From assembly GCA_963723695.1 (NCBI GenBank), contig CAVRRU010000009.1, positions 106,456-170,455 of the forward strand: DNA of 64,000 bases, in the 5' to 3' direction. The stretch is from an uncultured Gaiellaceae bacterium. GTDB taxonomy: Bacteria > Actinomycetota > Thermoleophilia > Gaiellales > Gaiellaceae. Below the pieces are notes generated by a model, which was not told where the DNA came from, did not search any database, and was given only the letters and a program-made list of their open reading frames with translations. Within the stretch, counting starts at the first letter, position 1. Every line of letters starts with the position of its first letter. Shown here one piece after another: positions 33,422-45,041 of the stretch. The position numbers were made by a program, and so were the translations under genes.

Positions 33422-35446
33422 GTGGACGGCTACGCTGCGCCGGTGCGCCCGTTCAAGGCTTCGGACCTGTACGCGCCCCTTGGCGACCAGCCGCGAGCGA
33501 TCGACGAGATCGCCGAATCGGTGGCTGCCGGCAACCGTTTTCAGACGATTCTCGGCGCGACCGGGACCGGGAAGACGGCCACGATGGCGTGGACCATCGA
33601 GAAGCTCCAGCGGCCCGCGCTCGTCATCGCGCACAACAAGACGCTCGCCGCGCAGCTCTGTAACGAGTTCCGCGAGTTCTTCCCGGAGAACGCCGTCGAG
33701 TACTTCGTCTCGTACTACGACTACTTCCAGCCCGAGGCGTACATCCCGCAGGCCGACCTCTACATCGAGAAGGACTCGTCCCAGAACGACGACATCGCCC
33801 GGCTGCGGCTCTCCGCGACCTCGTCGCTCCTCACCCGGCGGGATGTCGTCGTCGTCGCCTCGGTGTCGTGCATCTACGGCATCGGCTCGCCGGAGGAGTG
33901 GCGCGAGCGCGTCCTCATTCTCGACGTGGGGGAGACCCACGACCGCGACGAGGTGCTTCGCAAGCTCATCGAGAGCCAGTACGTCCGCAATGACACGGTG
34001 CTCGGGCGCGGGCGCTTCCGTGTGAAAGGCGACATCGTCGAGATCCAGCCCGCGAACGTGGAGACTGCGTACCGCGTCTCGTTCTTCGGCGACGAGGTGG
34101 AGCAGGTCACGCACTTCGACCCGCTGACGGGCGAGGTCTATGCGCGGCTCGACAACCTCGTCATCTGGCCCGCGACGGAGTACGTCACCTCGCGGCCGAC
34201 GGTCGAGCGCGCGATCGACCAGCTTCGGGCCGAGCTGGAGCAGCAGGTGGCGAAGTTCGAGACCGAGGGCCGCATGCTCGAGGCACACCGAATCCGGCAG
34301 CGCACGGAGTACGACCTCGAGATGCTGAAGGAGCTCGGGTTCTGCAACGGCATCGAGAACTACTCACGCGCGCTCGAAGGCCGCCCTGTCGGCTCGCATC
34401 CGTTCACGCTCATCGACTACTTCCACGACGACTTCGTCTGCTTCGTCGACGAGTCGCATCAGACGGTGCCGCAGCTCGGCGGCATGTACGAGGGCGACCG
34501 CTCGCGCAAGCAAACCCTCATCGACTTCGGGTTCCGGCTCCCGTCGGCGCTCGACAACCGCCCTCTGCGGTTCGACGAGTTCCTCGGGAAGGTGCAGCAG
34601 CTCGTGTTCGTGTCGGCGACGCCCGGCCCGTTCGAGCTGTCGCGGTCGAAGGTCGTTGCCGAGCAGCTCATCCGGCCGACCGGCGTCGTCGACCCGGAGG
34701 TCGAGCTGCGCCCGACGAAGAACCAGATCGACGACCTGCTGAACGAGATTCGCCACCGCGAAGAAGTGGGCGAGCGCGTGCTCGTCACGACGCTGACGAA
34801 GAAGATGGCCGAGGACCTGACCGACTATCTCCTCGAGGCTGGAGTCCGCGCGCGCTACCTGCACTCCGAGATCGACACGCTCGACCGGATCGCGATCATC
34901 CGCGAGCTGCGCCTCGGCGACTTCGACGTCCTCGTCGGCGTCAACCTCTTGCGCGAGGGCCTCGATCTCCCGGAGGTGTCTCTGGTGGCGGTGCTCGATG
35001 CCGACAAGGAGGGCTTCCTTCGCGGCAAGACCGCCCTCATCCAGACGACTGGGCGCGCAGCCCGAAACACGGCGGGCAAGGTGTTGCTCTACGCCGACAA
35101 GCGCACGGAGGCGATCGTCGGCGCGATGGAGGAGACTCGGCGCCGGCGCGAGTACCAGGCCGCCTACAACGAGGAGCACGGGATCACGCCGGAGTCGATC
35201 GTGAAGGGCGTCTCCGACATCTCCGAGCTCCTCTCGATGGAGGCGCCGCACGTCCCGGCTTCGCGACGTCGCCGCGGCAAGGCCGAGGTCGAGGGGATGT
35301 CGCGTGAGGAGCTCGAGAAGCTCGTGATCACGCTCGAGGAGGAGATGTACCTCGCGGCCGAGGAGCTTCGCTTCGAGTACGCAGCCAAGCTTCGCGACGA
35401 GATCAAGGACCTGCGACGCGAGCTCGACGCGCTGACTGCGGCCTGA
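33422..35446 (+). CDS. uvrB: excinuclease ABC subunit B
   Basis: GDQPRAIDEI, GATGTGKTATMA, YFVSYYDYFQPEAY, helicase motifs, C-terminal UVR domain (AAKLRDEIKDLRREL). GTG 33422 or GTG 33443. The upstream part of ORF 32855..35446 is antisense to another gene. Confidence 0.95.
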   Translation: MDGYAAPVRPFKASDLYAPLGDQPRAIDEIAESVAAGNRFQTILGATGTGKTATMAWTIEKLQRPALVIAHNKTLAAQLCNEFREFFPENAVEYFVSYYDYFQPEAYIPQADLYIEKDSSQNDDIARLRLSATSSLLTRRDVVVVASVSCIYGIGSPEEWRERVLILDVGETHDRDEVLRKLIESQYVRNDTVLGRGRFRVKGDIVEIQPANVETAYRVSFFGDEVEQVTHFDPLTGEVYARLDNLVIWPATEYVTSRPTVERAIDQLRAELEQQVAKFETEGRMLEAHRIRQRTEYDLEMLKELGFCNGIENYSRALEGRPVGSHPFTLIDYFHDDFVCFVDESHQTVPQLGGMYEGDRSRKQTLIDFGFRLPSALDNRPLRFDEFLGKVQQLVFVSATPGPFELSRSKVVAEQLIRPTGVVDPEVELRPTKNQIDDLLNEIRHREEVGERVLVTTLTKKMAEDLTDYLLEAGVRARYLHSEIDTLDRIAIIRELRLGDFDVLVGVNLLREGLDLPEVSLVAVLDADKEGFLRGKTALIQTTGRAARNTAGKVLLYADKRTEAIVGAMEETRRRREYQAAYNEEHGITPESIVKGVSDISELLSMEAPHVPASRRRRGKAEVEGMSREELEKLVITLEEEMYLAAEELRFEYAAKLRDEIKDLRRELDALTAA

Positions 35447-35462
35447 GCGCTAAGGTCGTGGC

Positions 35463-35741
35463 ATGTGCAGGAACATCAGAACACTCCACAACTTCGAGCC
35501 GCCGGCGACGGACGACGAGGTCCAGGCTGCTGCGCTCCAGTACGTGCGGAAGGTGAGCGGCTCGGCGAAGCCGTCGAAGGCCAACGAAGCCGCTTTCGAA
35601 CGCGCCGTGGACGAGGTCGCCCACGTGACGCGGCACCTGCTCGCCGAGCTCGTGACGACGGCGCCCCCGCGCGACCGCGAGGTCGAGGCCGCCCGTGCCC
35701 GCGCTCGCGCCGAGAAGCGGTTCGGCGCCGCCGCCGCTTAG
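35463..35741 (+). CDS. small conserved actinobacterial protein (DUF2277-like)
   Basis: 92-aa ORF MCRNIRTLHNFEPPATDDEVQAAALQYVRKVSG...; this N-terminal pattern is recalled as DUF2277. Not verified. Confidence 0.5.
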   Translation: MCRNIRTLHNFEPPATDDEVQAAALQYVRKVSGSAKPSKANEAAFERAVDEVAHVTRHLLAELVTTAPPRDREVEAARARARAEKRFGAAAA

Positions 35742-35792
35742 AGATCACGCCGCGCGTCACGCAAGCGCCGCTCCGAGCTCGCCCGCCGCCGT

Positions 35793-37007
35793 CTAGCGCG
35801 CGACGAGGTGTGAGACGACGTGCTCGGCGTCCTCGCCGACGCCGCCGAAGAGCGCCGACTTCCGCTTGTGGAGCCAGTTCACGCCGACGAAGTACAGGCC
35901 CGGATGCTTGGAGACGCCACGTTCCTGAACGGGCCAGCCGAATTCGTCGGTGACCTCGAGCTCGATCCAGGCGTAGTCCGGCAGAAAGCCACTCGCCCAG
36001 AGGATGGTCGTGATCCCAGCGTCGCGAAGGTCGATGCGCGTGACGTCGGCAATCGGTGACGGAAGGCTCTCGCGCTCTTCCTGCGCGGCGGCCTCGAGAC
36101 CGTGCTCGGCGATGTATTCGTCGATCCGAGCGATCACCGAGTACGCGAACTGATCGCCGGCCGCGAGCGTCTCCTCGATCCCGGGCGCGAAGTGAGCCGC
36201 GCCGTCGCGCACGCCTTCGAGTCGGCCGACAACTACGGCGCCGCGCGCAGCGAGCCAGCGCGGGTGACAGTCGTGGCCGCCGTCGTTCCCCGAGATGGGC
36301 GGGTTGCACGCGAGCCGTGCAGCCGGGCCGGGGAGCGAGTCGACGGTGTCGTCGAGAATTCCAGCCTTCACAACCCAGTGAACCCAGTCGTGACCTCGGT
36401 GCCTGCGCGGGAACCAGGCGCAGCCGCCCGCGGAGAGGTAGACGGAGCGACCCGCGCCGAGCAGCTCGTCCGAGATCTGGCACCCGGACTGCCCGCTCCC
36501 GACGACGAGAACGGCTCCCTCGGGGAGCTGATCCGGCCAGCGGTACTCGCTCGTCGTCAGCTGGAGCTCGACCGGCGCGGAGTCGACCCCGGACACTCGC
36601 GGTCGCGGCTGCTGGAAAGCCCCGCTGGCCACGACGACGTTCGTCGCTGACAACGTCTCTCCGGCCGTCTGGACGAGGTAGCCGTCATCGGCGGGGCGGA
36701 GCGCGGCCACCTCGACGTTCCCCCGGACTGGAGCGGCGAACGATCGTGCGTAGTCCTCCAGGTACTCGATCACCTCGGCGAGTGGCGCGAACGCGTCGGG
36801 GTCGTTGCCGTCGTACTCACCGCCCGGAAGCTGCAGGAACCAGTTCGGCGTATTGAGGAAGAACCCGTCCCAGCGCTGCGAGCGCCACGTCTCGCCGACC
36901 TCGCCCCGCTCGAGCACGACGTGCTCACGGCCGTGCTGCGTCAGGAAGTAGCTCGCGGAGAGACCGGCCTGTCCAGCGCCGATGACGATCGTGTCGATGC
37001 GCTCCAC
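35793..37007 (-). CDS. FAD/NAD(P)-binding oxidoreductase (flavin monooxygenase-like)
   Basis: GTG 37007 in ORF 35793..37850. Two dinucleotide-binding motifs, VIGAGQAGLS and VVGSGQSGCQ. The upstream part of the ORF overlaps the M32 gene out of frame. Confidence 0.7.
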   Translation of the reverse strand: MERIDTIVIGAGQAGLSASYFLTQHGREHVVLERGEVGETWRSQRWDGFFLNTPNWFLQLPGGEYDGNDPDAFAPLAEVIEYLEDYARSFAAPVRGNVEVAALRPADDGYLVQTAGETLSATNVVVASGAFQQPRPRVSGVDSAPVELQLTTSEYRWPDQLPEGAVLVVGSGQSGCQISDELLGAGRSVYLSAGGCAWFPRRHRGHDWVHWVVKAGILDDTVDSLPGPAARLACNPPISGNDGGHDCHPRWLAARGAVVVGRLEGVRDGAAHFAPGIEETLAAGDQFAYSVIARIDEYIAEHGLEAAAQEERESLPSPIADVTRIDLRDAGITTILWASGFLPDYAWIELEVTDEFGWPVQERGVSKHPGLYFVGVNWLHKRKSALFGGVGEDAEHVVSHLVAR

Positions 37008-38509
37008 GGCGGGGCTACTCGCGGCGCGAAGGGCTCTAGCTTGTCGCCGAGGTAGGCGAGGTACGGCTGGGGGTCGATCCGCCCGCCGACGACGCGCTCG
37101 ATCGTCTCCGCCGGCGTGAGCTTCCGACCGAGCGAGTAGAGGTTCTCGCGGAGCCACGAGTGCAGGTCGGCGAACTCTCCGCGCTCGATCTGCTCCTCGA
37201 TGTCGGGGATCGCCGCGCTCGCCTTCTCCCAGATCTGGACGGAGAGAACGGACCCGAGGAGGTAGGTCGGAAAGTAGCCGAGGCTGCCGGTCGACCAGTG
37301 CGCGTCCTGGAGCACGCCGAGCGCGTCCGACGGCACCGCGAGGCCGACGAGCTCCTCGAAACGGGTGTTCCAGGCCTCCGGCAGGTCCTTCACGGCCAGC
37401 CGTCCCGATATGAGCTCCTGCTCGAGCTCGAAGCGGAGGATGATGTGCAAGCCGTAGCTCGTCTCGTCCGCGTCGACGCGGATGAACGTGCGCTGCGCGC
37501 GGTTCACCGCCCGGTGGAAATCCTCGACCGGTACATCGCCGAGCCTGTCCGGGAACGTCTCCTGCACGCGCGGGTAGAACCAGTGCCAGAACGGGAGCGA
37601 GCGTCCGACGATGTTCTCCCAGAGCCGGCTCTGAGACTCGTGCAAGGTCATCGACGCGCCCATCGAGAGCGGCGTCCGCTCGAGCGACGGGCTGACGCCC
37701 CATTCGTACAGGCCGTGCCCTCCCTCGTGGAGCGCGGTGAAGAGTGCGTTCAGATCGCCCTCCGTGTACCGGCTCGTGAGCCGGATGTCGCCGAGCCCGA
37801 ACGTGATCTGGAACGGATGCACGGTCTTGTCGAGTCGGAACTGGTCCCACGTCGCCCCGATCGCCTCCACGAGCTCTCGCGAGAGCGCCTCCTGGCGGTC
37901 GACCGGGAACGGCCCGCGCATGAACTCGTCGTCTTCATCTGTGGCGTGCTCTGCCACGAGCGCCTGGAGCTCCGGTGTCAGGACGGCGAAGATCTCACGG
38001 ATCTCTGAGGTCCTCATGCCGGGCTCGTAGTCCTCGAGGAGCACGTCGTACGCGTCGTCGTAAGGCGCGAAGCACTCGATGTAGCGTTTGCGAAGCTCGA
38101 GGACGCGCTCGAGCCACGGAGCAAAGGCTGCGAAATCCGACTCCTCGCGTGCCTTGACCCACGCCTCGTACGACTGCGCGCCGACGAGCGCGATTTCCGC
38201 GGCGAGCGCGACCGGGACCCGCCGCGCGCGGTCCCAGTCGCGGCGCGCGACGCGGATGAGCGAGGCGTCGTCGGAGTCGTGCGGCAGCTCGGCTGCGTAC
38301 GGCACGAGCTCCTCGAAGAGCTCGCCGAAGCGCTCATCGACGACACGCTCGTGGACGATCTCCTCGAGCGTCGCGACTTGCGCTGCACGCGTGGGTGCGC
38401 CGCCGGGCGGCATGAACACGGTCATGTCCCAGACGAGCACACCCTCGGTCCGGCGGAGGTCCGTGAGCTTGCCGAGGCGCTCCTTCAGCTCGGTGAGGGC
38501 CTGGTCCAT
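36941..38509 (-). CDS. M32 family carboxypeptidase (Taq-type)
   Basis: 522-aa ORF with HEGGHGLY (HExxH), HESQSRLWEN and IRVDADETSYGLHIILRFE, which are canonical M32 motifs. The last 30 aa overlap the next gene by 67 nt. Confidence 0.9.
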   Translation of the reverse strand: MDQALTELKERLGKLTDLRRTEGVLVWDMTVFMPPGGAPTRAAQVATLEEIVHERVVDERFGELFEELVPYAAELPHDSDDASLIRVARRDWDRARRVPVALAAEIALVGAQSYEAWVKAREESDFAAFAPWLERVLELRKRYIECFAPYDDAYDVLLEDYEPGMRTSEIREIFAVLTPELQALVAEHATDEDDEFMRGPFPVDRQEALSRELVEAIGATWDQFRLDKTVHPFQITFGLGDIRLTSRYTEGDLNALFTALHEGGHGLYEWGVSPSLERTPLSMGASMTLHESQSRLWENIVGRSLPFWHWFYPRVQETFPDRLGDVPVEDFHRAVNRAQRTFIRVDADETSYGLHIILRFELEQELISGRLAVKDLPEAWNTRFEELVGLAVPSDALGVLQDAHWSTGSLGYFPTYLLGSVLSVQIWEKASAAIPDIEEQIERGEFADLHSWLRENLYSLGRKLTPAETIERVVGGRIDPQPYLAYLGDKLEPFAPRVAPPWSASTRSSSALDRPVSPRATS

Positions 38510-38582
38510 GGCGGCGGACTCTACCCACGCAACGCATTCCTGCAGCGGCCGTGTCAGCCCTTGTCACCGCCGGGGCACGAGC

Positions 38583-38588
38583 TACACT
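38583..38588 (+). promoter_or_regulatory. -10 hexamer TACACT, leaderless geometry
   Basis: 6 nt upstream of GTG 38595. Confidence 0.35.
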
Positions 38589-38594
38589 CGCGCC

Positions 38595-38840
38595 GTGGCT
38601 GACGAGTCGGCGGAGCTGTTCGACGACATCTACCTCGGCCTCCGGGCCGGAGGCGCCGCGCGGAAGCAGCGGCGAGGCGAGCCCCTCTCGGCCGAGGAGA
38701 AAGAGGCGATCGGCCGCTGGCAGCGACTCCATTTCTGGCGGAAGCTCATCGCGATCGGGGCGTTCGCCCTCGGGACGTTCGGGCTCGGGTTCACGGTCGG
38801 CGGTCTCGTCTTCGGCCGCTGGCGCGCGGCGCGTCGCTGA
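38595..38840 (+). CDS. small membrane protein (hypothetical)
   Basis: 81 aa from GTG 38595 (in frame in ORF 38088..38840). C-terminal TM helix LIAIGAFALGTFGLGFTVGGLVF. Confidence 0.5.
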   Translation: MADESAELFDDIYLGLRAGGAARKQRRGEPLSAEEKEAIGRWQRLHFWRKLIAIGAFALGTFGLGFTVGGLVFGRWRAARR

Positions 38841-38902
38841 CTCGGGAAACCGGGGCCGGACCCGGTACGTAGTACCTGGTGTCGAATGACCCAGGAGGAC
38901 AG

Positions 38903-39427
38903 ATGCTGAAGCCACTTGCGGCGGTGGCGGCCGGTGCGGCACTCGTTGTCGCGGGCTTCGCGATTGCCGCTCCCAAGGACGCCTACAAGCTCACCGCCAA
39001 CCTCAAGGCCGGCTTCGAGGTCCCGAAGCCGCAGGGCGTGCCTACGGGGGCGACCGGCACCTTTACGGGCACTGCGGTGGAGGTGGAAAACGACCGAGCG
39101 CGTCTCACGTGGCGCCTGACCTTCTCGAAGATGTCGGGCAAGGCGGCCGCGGCGCACATCCACGCTGGCAAGGCCGGGAAGGCTGGACGAGTCCTCGTGC
39201 CGTTGTGTGGGCCCTGCAGGAGCGGTCAGCGCGGCACGTCGAGCATCACGCACGCGCAGCTGCGGACGATTCGAGCGGGTGCAACCTATGTGAACGTCCA
39301 CACGGCGAAGAACGCCGCCGGAGAGATTCGCGGCCAGGTGAAAGCGACCAAGACGTCGAGCTCGGGTGAGGACCCGCCGCCCCCGACGACGCCGGAGCCG
39401 CCGCCGTATCCGCCGTACGACCCCTAG
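38903..39427 (+). CDS. secreted CHRD domain protein
   Basis: AGGAGG 4 nt before ATG 38903. Signal peptide. AHIHAGKAGKAGRVLVPL and YVNVHTAKNAAGEIRGQV are CHRD-type motifs. Pro-rich tail. Confidence 0.7.
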   Translation: MLKPLAAVAAGAALVVAGFAIAAPKDAYKLTANLKAGFEVPKPQGVPTGATGTFTGTAVEVENDRARLTWRLTFSKMSGKAAAAHIHAGKAGKAGRVLVPLCGPCRSGQRGTSSITHAQLRTIRAGATYVNVHTAKNAAGEIRGQVKATKTSSSGEDPPPPTTPEPPPYPPYDP

Positions 39428-39439
39428 GAGCGAGATGGC

Positions 39440-39465
39440 CTGGGGGAACCGGGAGGTTCCCCCAG
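39440..39465. terminator. bidirectional hairpin, 11-bp perfect stem
   Basis: CTGGGGGAACC GGGA GGTTCCCCCAG between convergent genes. Confidence 0.65.
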
Positions 39466-39482
39466 CTTGTGGGATCAATTAC

Positions 39483-39839
39483 CTAGGCGAATGCGGCGAC
39501 CTGCTCGACGTAGAACTCCATCTGGCGTTGGAGCCTCTCGGCCAGGTCGGCGCCGACGACTCCGAAGCCGTCGACGATCAAGGTCGCCTTGAGCGTCAAC
39601 TGCGTGAACTCCTCGCTCACGCGCAGCGCGGCGAGCTTCTCGGCATTGCCGCGAACGAGGACGAAGCCGTTGAGATCGCCGCCGTGCGGCTCGAGGAACA
39701 CGGGCTCGAAGCTTTCGATCGTCCCCTCTTCCTGAAGCCGCGTGTAGTAGCCGAGAGTCTCGTTGAAGATCTCGACCGCTTCGGTCTCGCGTCCCCGGAC
39801 GACCTCGCCCCACCCGATGAAGAGACCTGCGTCCGCCAT
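39483..39839 (-). CDS. hypothetical cytoplasmic protein
   Basis: ORF 39483..45 with ATG 39839 ([14 protein letters not shown]...) preferred. No recognised domain. Confidence 0.5.
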   Translation of the reverse strand: MADAGLFIGWGEVVRGRETEAVEIFNETLGYYTRLQEEGTIESFEPVFLEPHGGDLNGFVLVRGNAEKLAALRVSEEFTQLTLKATLIVDGFGVVGADLAERLQRQMEFYVEQVAAFA

Positions 39840-39899
39840 TCCCACCTCCTTCTGGAAGCTGACAGGCCGAGCATTCCAAGTCCGTCGCCCGCGCGCTAC

Positions 39900-39925
39900 C
39901 GAACGTCTGTTCGCCTCGGTACAAT
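39900..39925 (+). promoter_or_regulatory. LexA/SOS (Cheo-type) box CGAACGTCTGTTCG abutting -10 TACAAT of a leaderless uvrA promoter
   Basis: GAAC-N4-GTTC palindrome at 39900-39913. TACAAT at 39920-39925 lies 9 nt before ATG 39935. Confidence 0.65.
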
Positions 39926-39934
39926 GGCGCGCCT

Positions 39935-42778
<2,844 letters not shown>

Positions 42779-42785
42779 GGACGCA

Positions 42786-42811
42786 GAAGGCCGGGCGTTC
42801 ACCCGGCCTTC
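42786..42811. terminator. bidirectional hairpin, 10-bp perfect stem
   Basis: GAAGGCCGGG CGTTCA CCCGGCCTTC, 8 nt after the uvrA stop. Confidence 0.65.
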
Positions 42812-42832
42812 GCTTCGTTCACTGAGGCTCGA

Positions 42833-43363
42833 CTATCTGCAGCTCACGCCTTTGAGACGCGCCTGCCAGTTGAACCTGACCGTCGGCCCATCGCCACGGG
42901 CGATGTGGCCACCCGTGACCCGGCAGCTTCGAGCCTTCTTGATCGCCAGGCCTCCGCTGATGTCACGCGTGAACTTCGTCCCTTGCACGTGCTCCGCATC
43001 GATGAACTTCGTCGTCACGACCTGCGAGCCCGAGTAGCGGACGTTGATCGGCGTGCCCGAGAACGTGACATTGGCGACTCCGGTGATCCTCGAGCCGACG
43101 CTGCCTGATCCGGTCTGAAGGGTCCTCAACGTGCCCTCGCCGGTGACCCTGCCGTTCCTCGACACGTTGAGCGTGAACGTGAGGTTCGTGCTCAGGAGCG
43201 TGATCAGGTCCCCGTCGAGAGCGATCTCTGCTTCCCCGTATCCGCCTCCTATCCACGTGCCCGCCGGAAAGCCCGGCTTCGGCGTCGACTGCGCCGCCGA
43301 TGCGCTGATTGCGAGTGCCGCAAACAGCAGCAATGTGATGAGTGTGTGAAACCTGAGCTTCAT
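42833..43363 (-). CDS. secreted hypothetical protein
   Basis: GAGGAG RBS before ATG 43363. Signal peptide MKLRFHTLITLLLFAALAISASA. The ORF track extends to 43405, but that extension lacks an RBS. Confidence 0.6.
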   Translation of the reverse strand: MKLRFHTLITLLLFAALAISASAAQSTPKPGFPAGTWIGGGYGEAEIALDGDLITLLSTNLTFTLNVSRNGRVTGEGTLRTLQTGSGSVGSRITGVANVTFSGTPINVRYSGSQVVTTKFIDAEHVQGTKFTRDISGGLAIKKARSCRVTGGHIARGDGPTVRFNWQARLKGVSCR

Positions 43364-43409
43364 CGTCTCTCTCCTCTTTCGTGTTGTCGATCTCGTTGTG
43401 CGCAAGACC

Positions 43410-43811
43410 TCAAGCGACGAGCTTGAGCCGGAACGTGCCTCTCCAGACGACCTCGTAGTCCTCGTTGCTCGTCCTCGCCTCGATGACGAGCGTCGAGCGC
43501 CGATGCGACTTGAGCCAATAGCGGACGTTCGGCTCGAGGTTGAAGACGAGCTTCTCCGACTGACCTTGGGCGACCTTGAAGATCTGGCCGCCGAGTCCGC
43601 CGTTCTTGACGTCGATGCGCGCGGTGAGCACGCTCTGGCACTCCGCGTCCCCGATGCACGTCGCGTTCAAGACGAGCTTGCCGTTCTTGACCTTGACGAC
43701 GGACGGCCCGATCTTGAGCTTCGGCACTTCGGCGGTGGCGCCTGCGGCCAGGCTGCTCGAGGCGAGCGCTGCGACCGCGATCGCAGCGACGACGAGCTTC
43801 TTGACCTTCAT
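43410..43811 (-). CDS. secreted hypothetical protein
   Basis: AAAGGAGGAGGAAA immediately before ATG 43811. Signal peptide MKVKKLVVAAIAVAALASSSLAAGATA. The upstream 47 aa of ORF 43410..43952 are Arg/Pro-rich and unlikely to be translated. Confidence 0.6.
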   Translation of the reverse strand: MKVKKLVVAAIAVAALASSSLAAGATAEVPKLKIGPSVVKVKNGKLVLNATCIGDAECQSVLTARIDVKNGGLGGQIFKVAQGQSEKLVFNLEPNVRYWLKSHRRSTLVIEARTSNEDYEVVWRGTFRLKLVA

Positions 43812-43887
43812 TTTCCTCCTCCTTTGAGTCGGTTGCCCAGGTGCGGGGCTATGGCTCGATGGTCTCGCGGAGGGCGTCTCACTCGCG

Positions 43888-43903
43888 CCAGGGATATCCC
43901 TGG
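43888..43903. promoter_or_regulatory. perfect 16-bp palindrome CCAGGGATATCCCTGG (candidate operator)
   Basis: 77 nt upstream of the 43811 gene. Related copy GCGCCAGGGACATCCCT at 44970-44986. Confidence 0.45.
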
Positions 43904-43958
43904 TCCAACCCCCGACGAGCGGGCGGGGGCGAGTGGGCGCTCGCCCCCGCATCGGGTC

Positions 43959-44475
43959 TCAGAAGAGCGTCTCGACTCGCCTGCGGACGTCCGTCGCCCG
44001 GTCGATACGCGCGCGGTCGAGGCCGAGCCCGCCGTCAACGCGATCCCGGATTCGGTCGCGTGCGTAGAGCACGTCGATCCCTCGGCCGCCAACGAGCGTG
44101 TCGCTCCCGCGCCCCCCGACGAGCAAGTCGGCGCCGCCGGCACCCTGGAGAATGTCGTCGCCCGTACCAGCGATCAGCGTGTCGTTACCGCCGAGCCCGC
44201 AGAGGACGTCGCGGCCAGGCGAGGCGTCGAGAACCACCTCCCAGGGAAACGAGCCATCGTAGGTGTTGACGTAATCCCACGAACATCGGCCAGGACAGTC
44301 GATCGTGTTCGGGTGATGGTCGGCGACGCGTCCGCTACCGGCTCCGATCAAGTGGACGCTGACGACCGCGGTCCTGCTGGGGCGGCGAGCGTGCCTCCGG
44401 CGCACCAGCGACAGCGACCGCGAGGAGTGCGACGACAACTGGAAGTAGACGTTGGATGACGATCGATGGGGTCAT
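43959..44475 (-). CDS. secreted RTX-repeat calcium-binding protein (apparent frameshift near 44380)
   Basis: AAAGGAGGGAAC RBS and signal peptide MTPSIVIQRLLPVVVALLAVAVAGA from ATG 44475. The body (GGNDTLIAGTGDDILQGAGGADLLVGGRGSDTLVGGRGIDVL) is in ORF 43959..44438, one frame away. Confidence 0.65.
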
Positions 44476-44933
44476 GTTTCGTTCCCTCCTTTGCTTCGTT
44501 TGGTCGTGAAGACGACGCCGAGCTGGCTCTCCGTCAGATCACCCGTGTCGCTCAGAAAGAAGTTCGATGTCACACGGCCGCGTGCGCTCTCGAACGCTCC
44601 CATGCCATCCGCCACCTCCCATACCGCCGTTCCGTGACGAAGGTTCGGGTCGGGACTTGCCGCAAGCTCGCCGGCGCCCCGGAGATGCAGCTCATGCCCG
44701 CGAGCGAACACGATCGTCCCCAGCTCCTCGAAGCTCGCGTCGCCCGTGAAGGTGACCAACGACTCGAAGAGCGCCTCGTCGTCGTCCGGCAACCACACGT
44801 AACGGCCTTCTGGGCCGTCCGACGTCAGGCTGGTGACGAGCGCACAGCCAGGTGCGCGTCCTTCCTTCCGTAGGCCGCCGTCGAGCTCGGCGATCTGGCC
44901 TCGGAACTGCAGTGAGTACGTCATCGGCCTCAT
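44472..44933 (-). CDS. hypothetical protein, first gene of a small operon
   Basis: 153-aa ORF. Its TGA overlaps the next ATG (ATGA at 44472-44475). CACCCT -10-like hexamer 10 nt before ATG 44933. Confidence 0.55.
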   Translation of the reverse strand: MRPMTYSLQFRGQIAELDGGLRKEGRAPGCALVTSLTSDGPEGRYVWLPDDDEALFESLVTFTGDASFEELGTIVFARGHELHLRGAGELAASPDPNLRHGTAVWEVADGMGAFESARGRVTSNFFLSDTGDLTESQLGVVFTTKRSKGGNET

Positions 44934-44952
44934 GACTGCTCGGAGGGTGCTT

Positions 44953-44986
44953 GCGCCAGGGCTCGGATCGCGCCAGGGACATCCCT
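44953..44986. promoter_or_regulatory. GCGCCAGGG-N8-GCGCCAGGGACATCCCT motif in the divergent LuxR / 44933 intergenic region
   Basis: Shares GCGCCAGGGA(T/C)ATCCCT with 43884-43901. Read directly. Confidence 0.4.
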
Positions 44987-45041
44987 AAGCTGCTCGGGTT
45001 GCGTTGTTGTCGGCAGGTGAGTCCCCGTCTAGGTTGACCCT

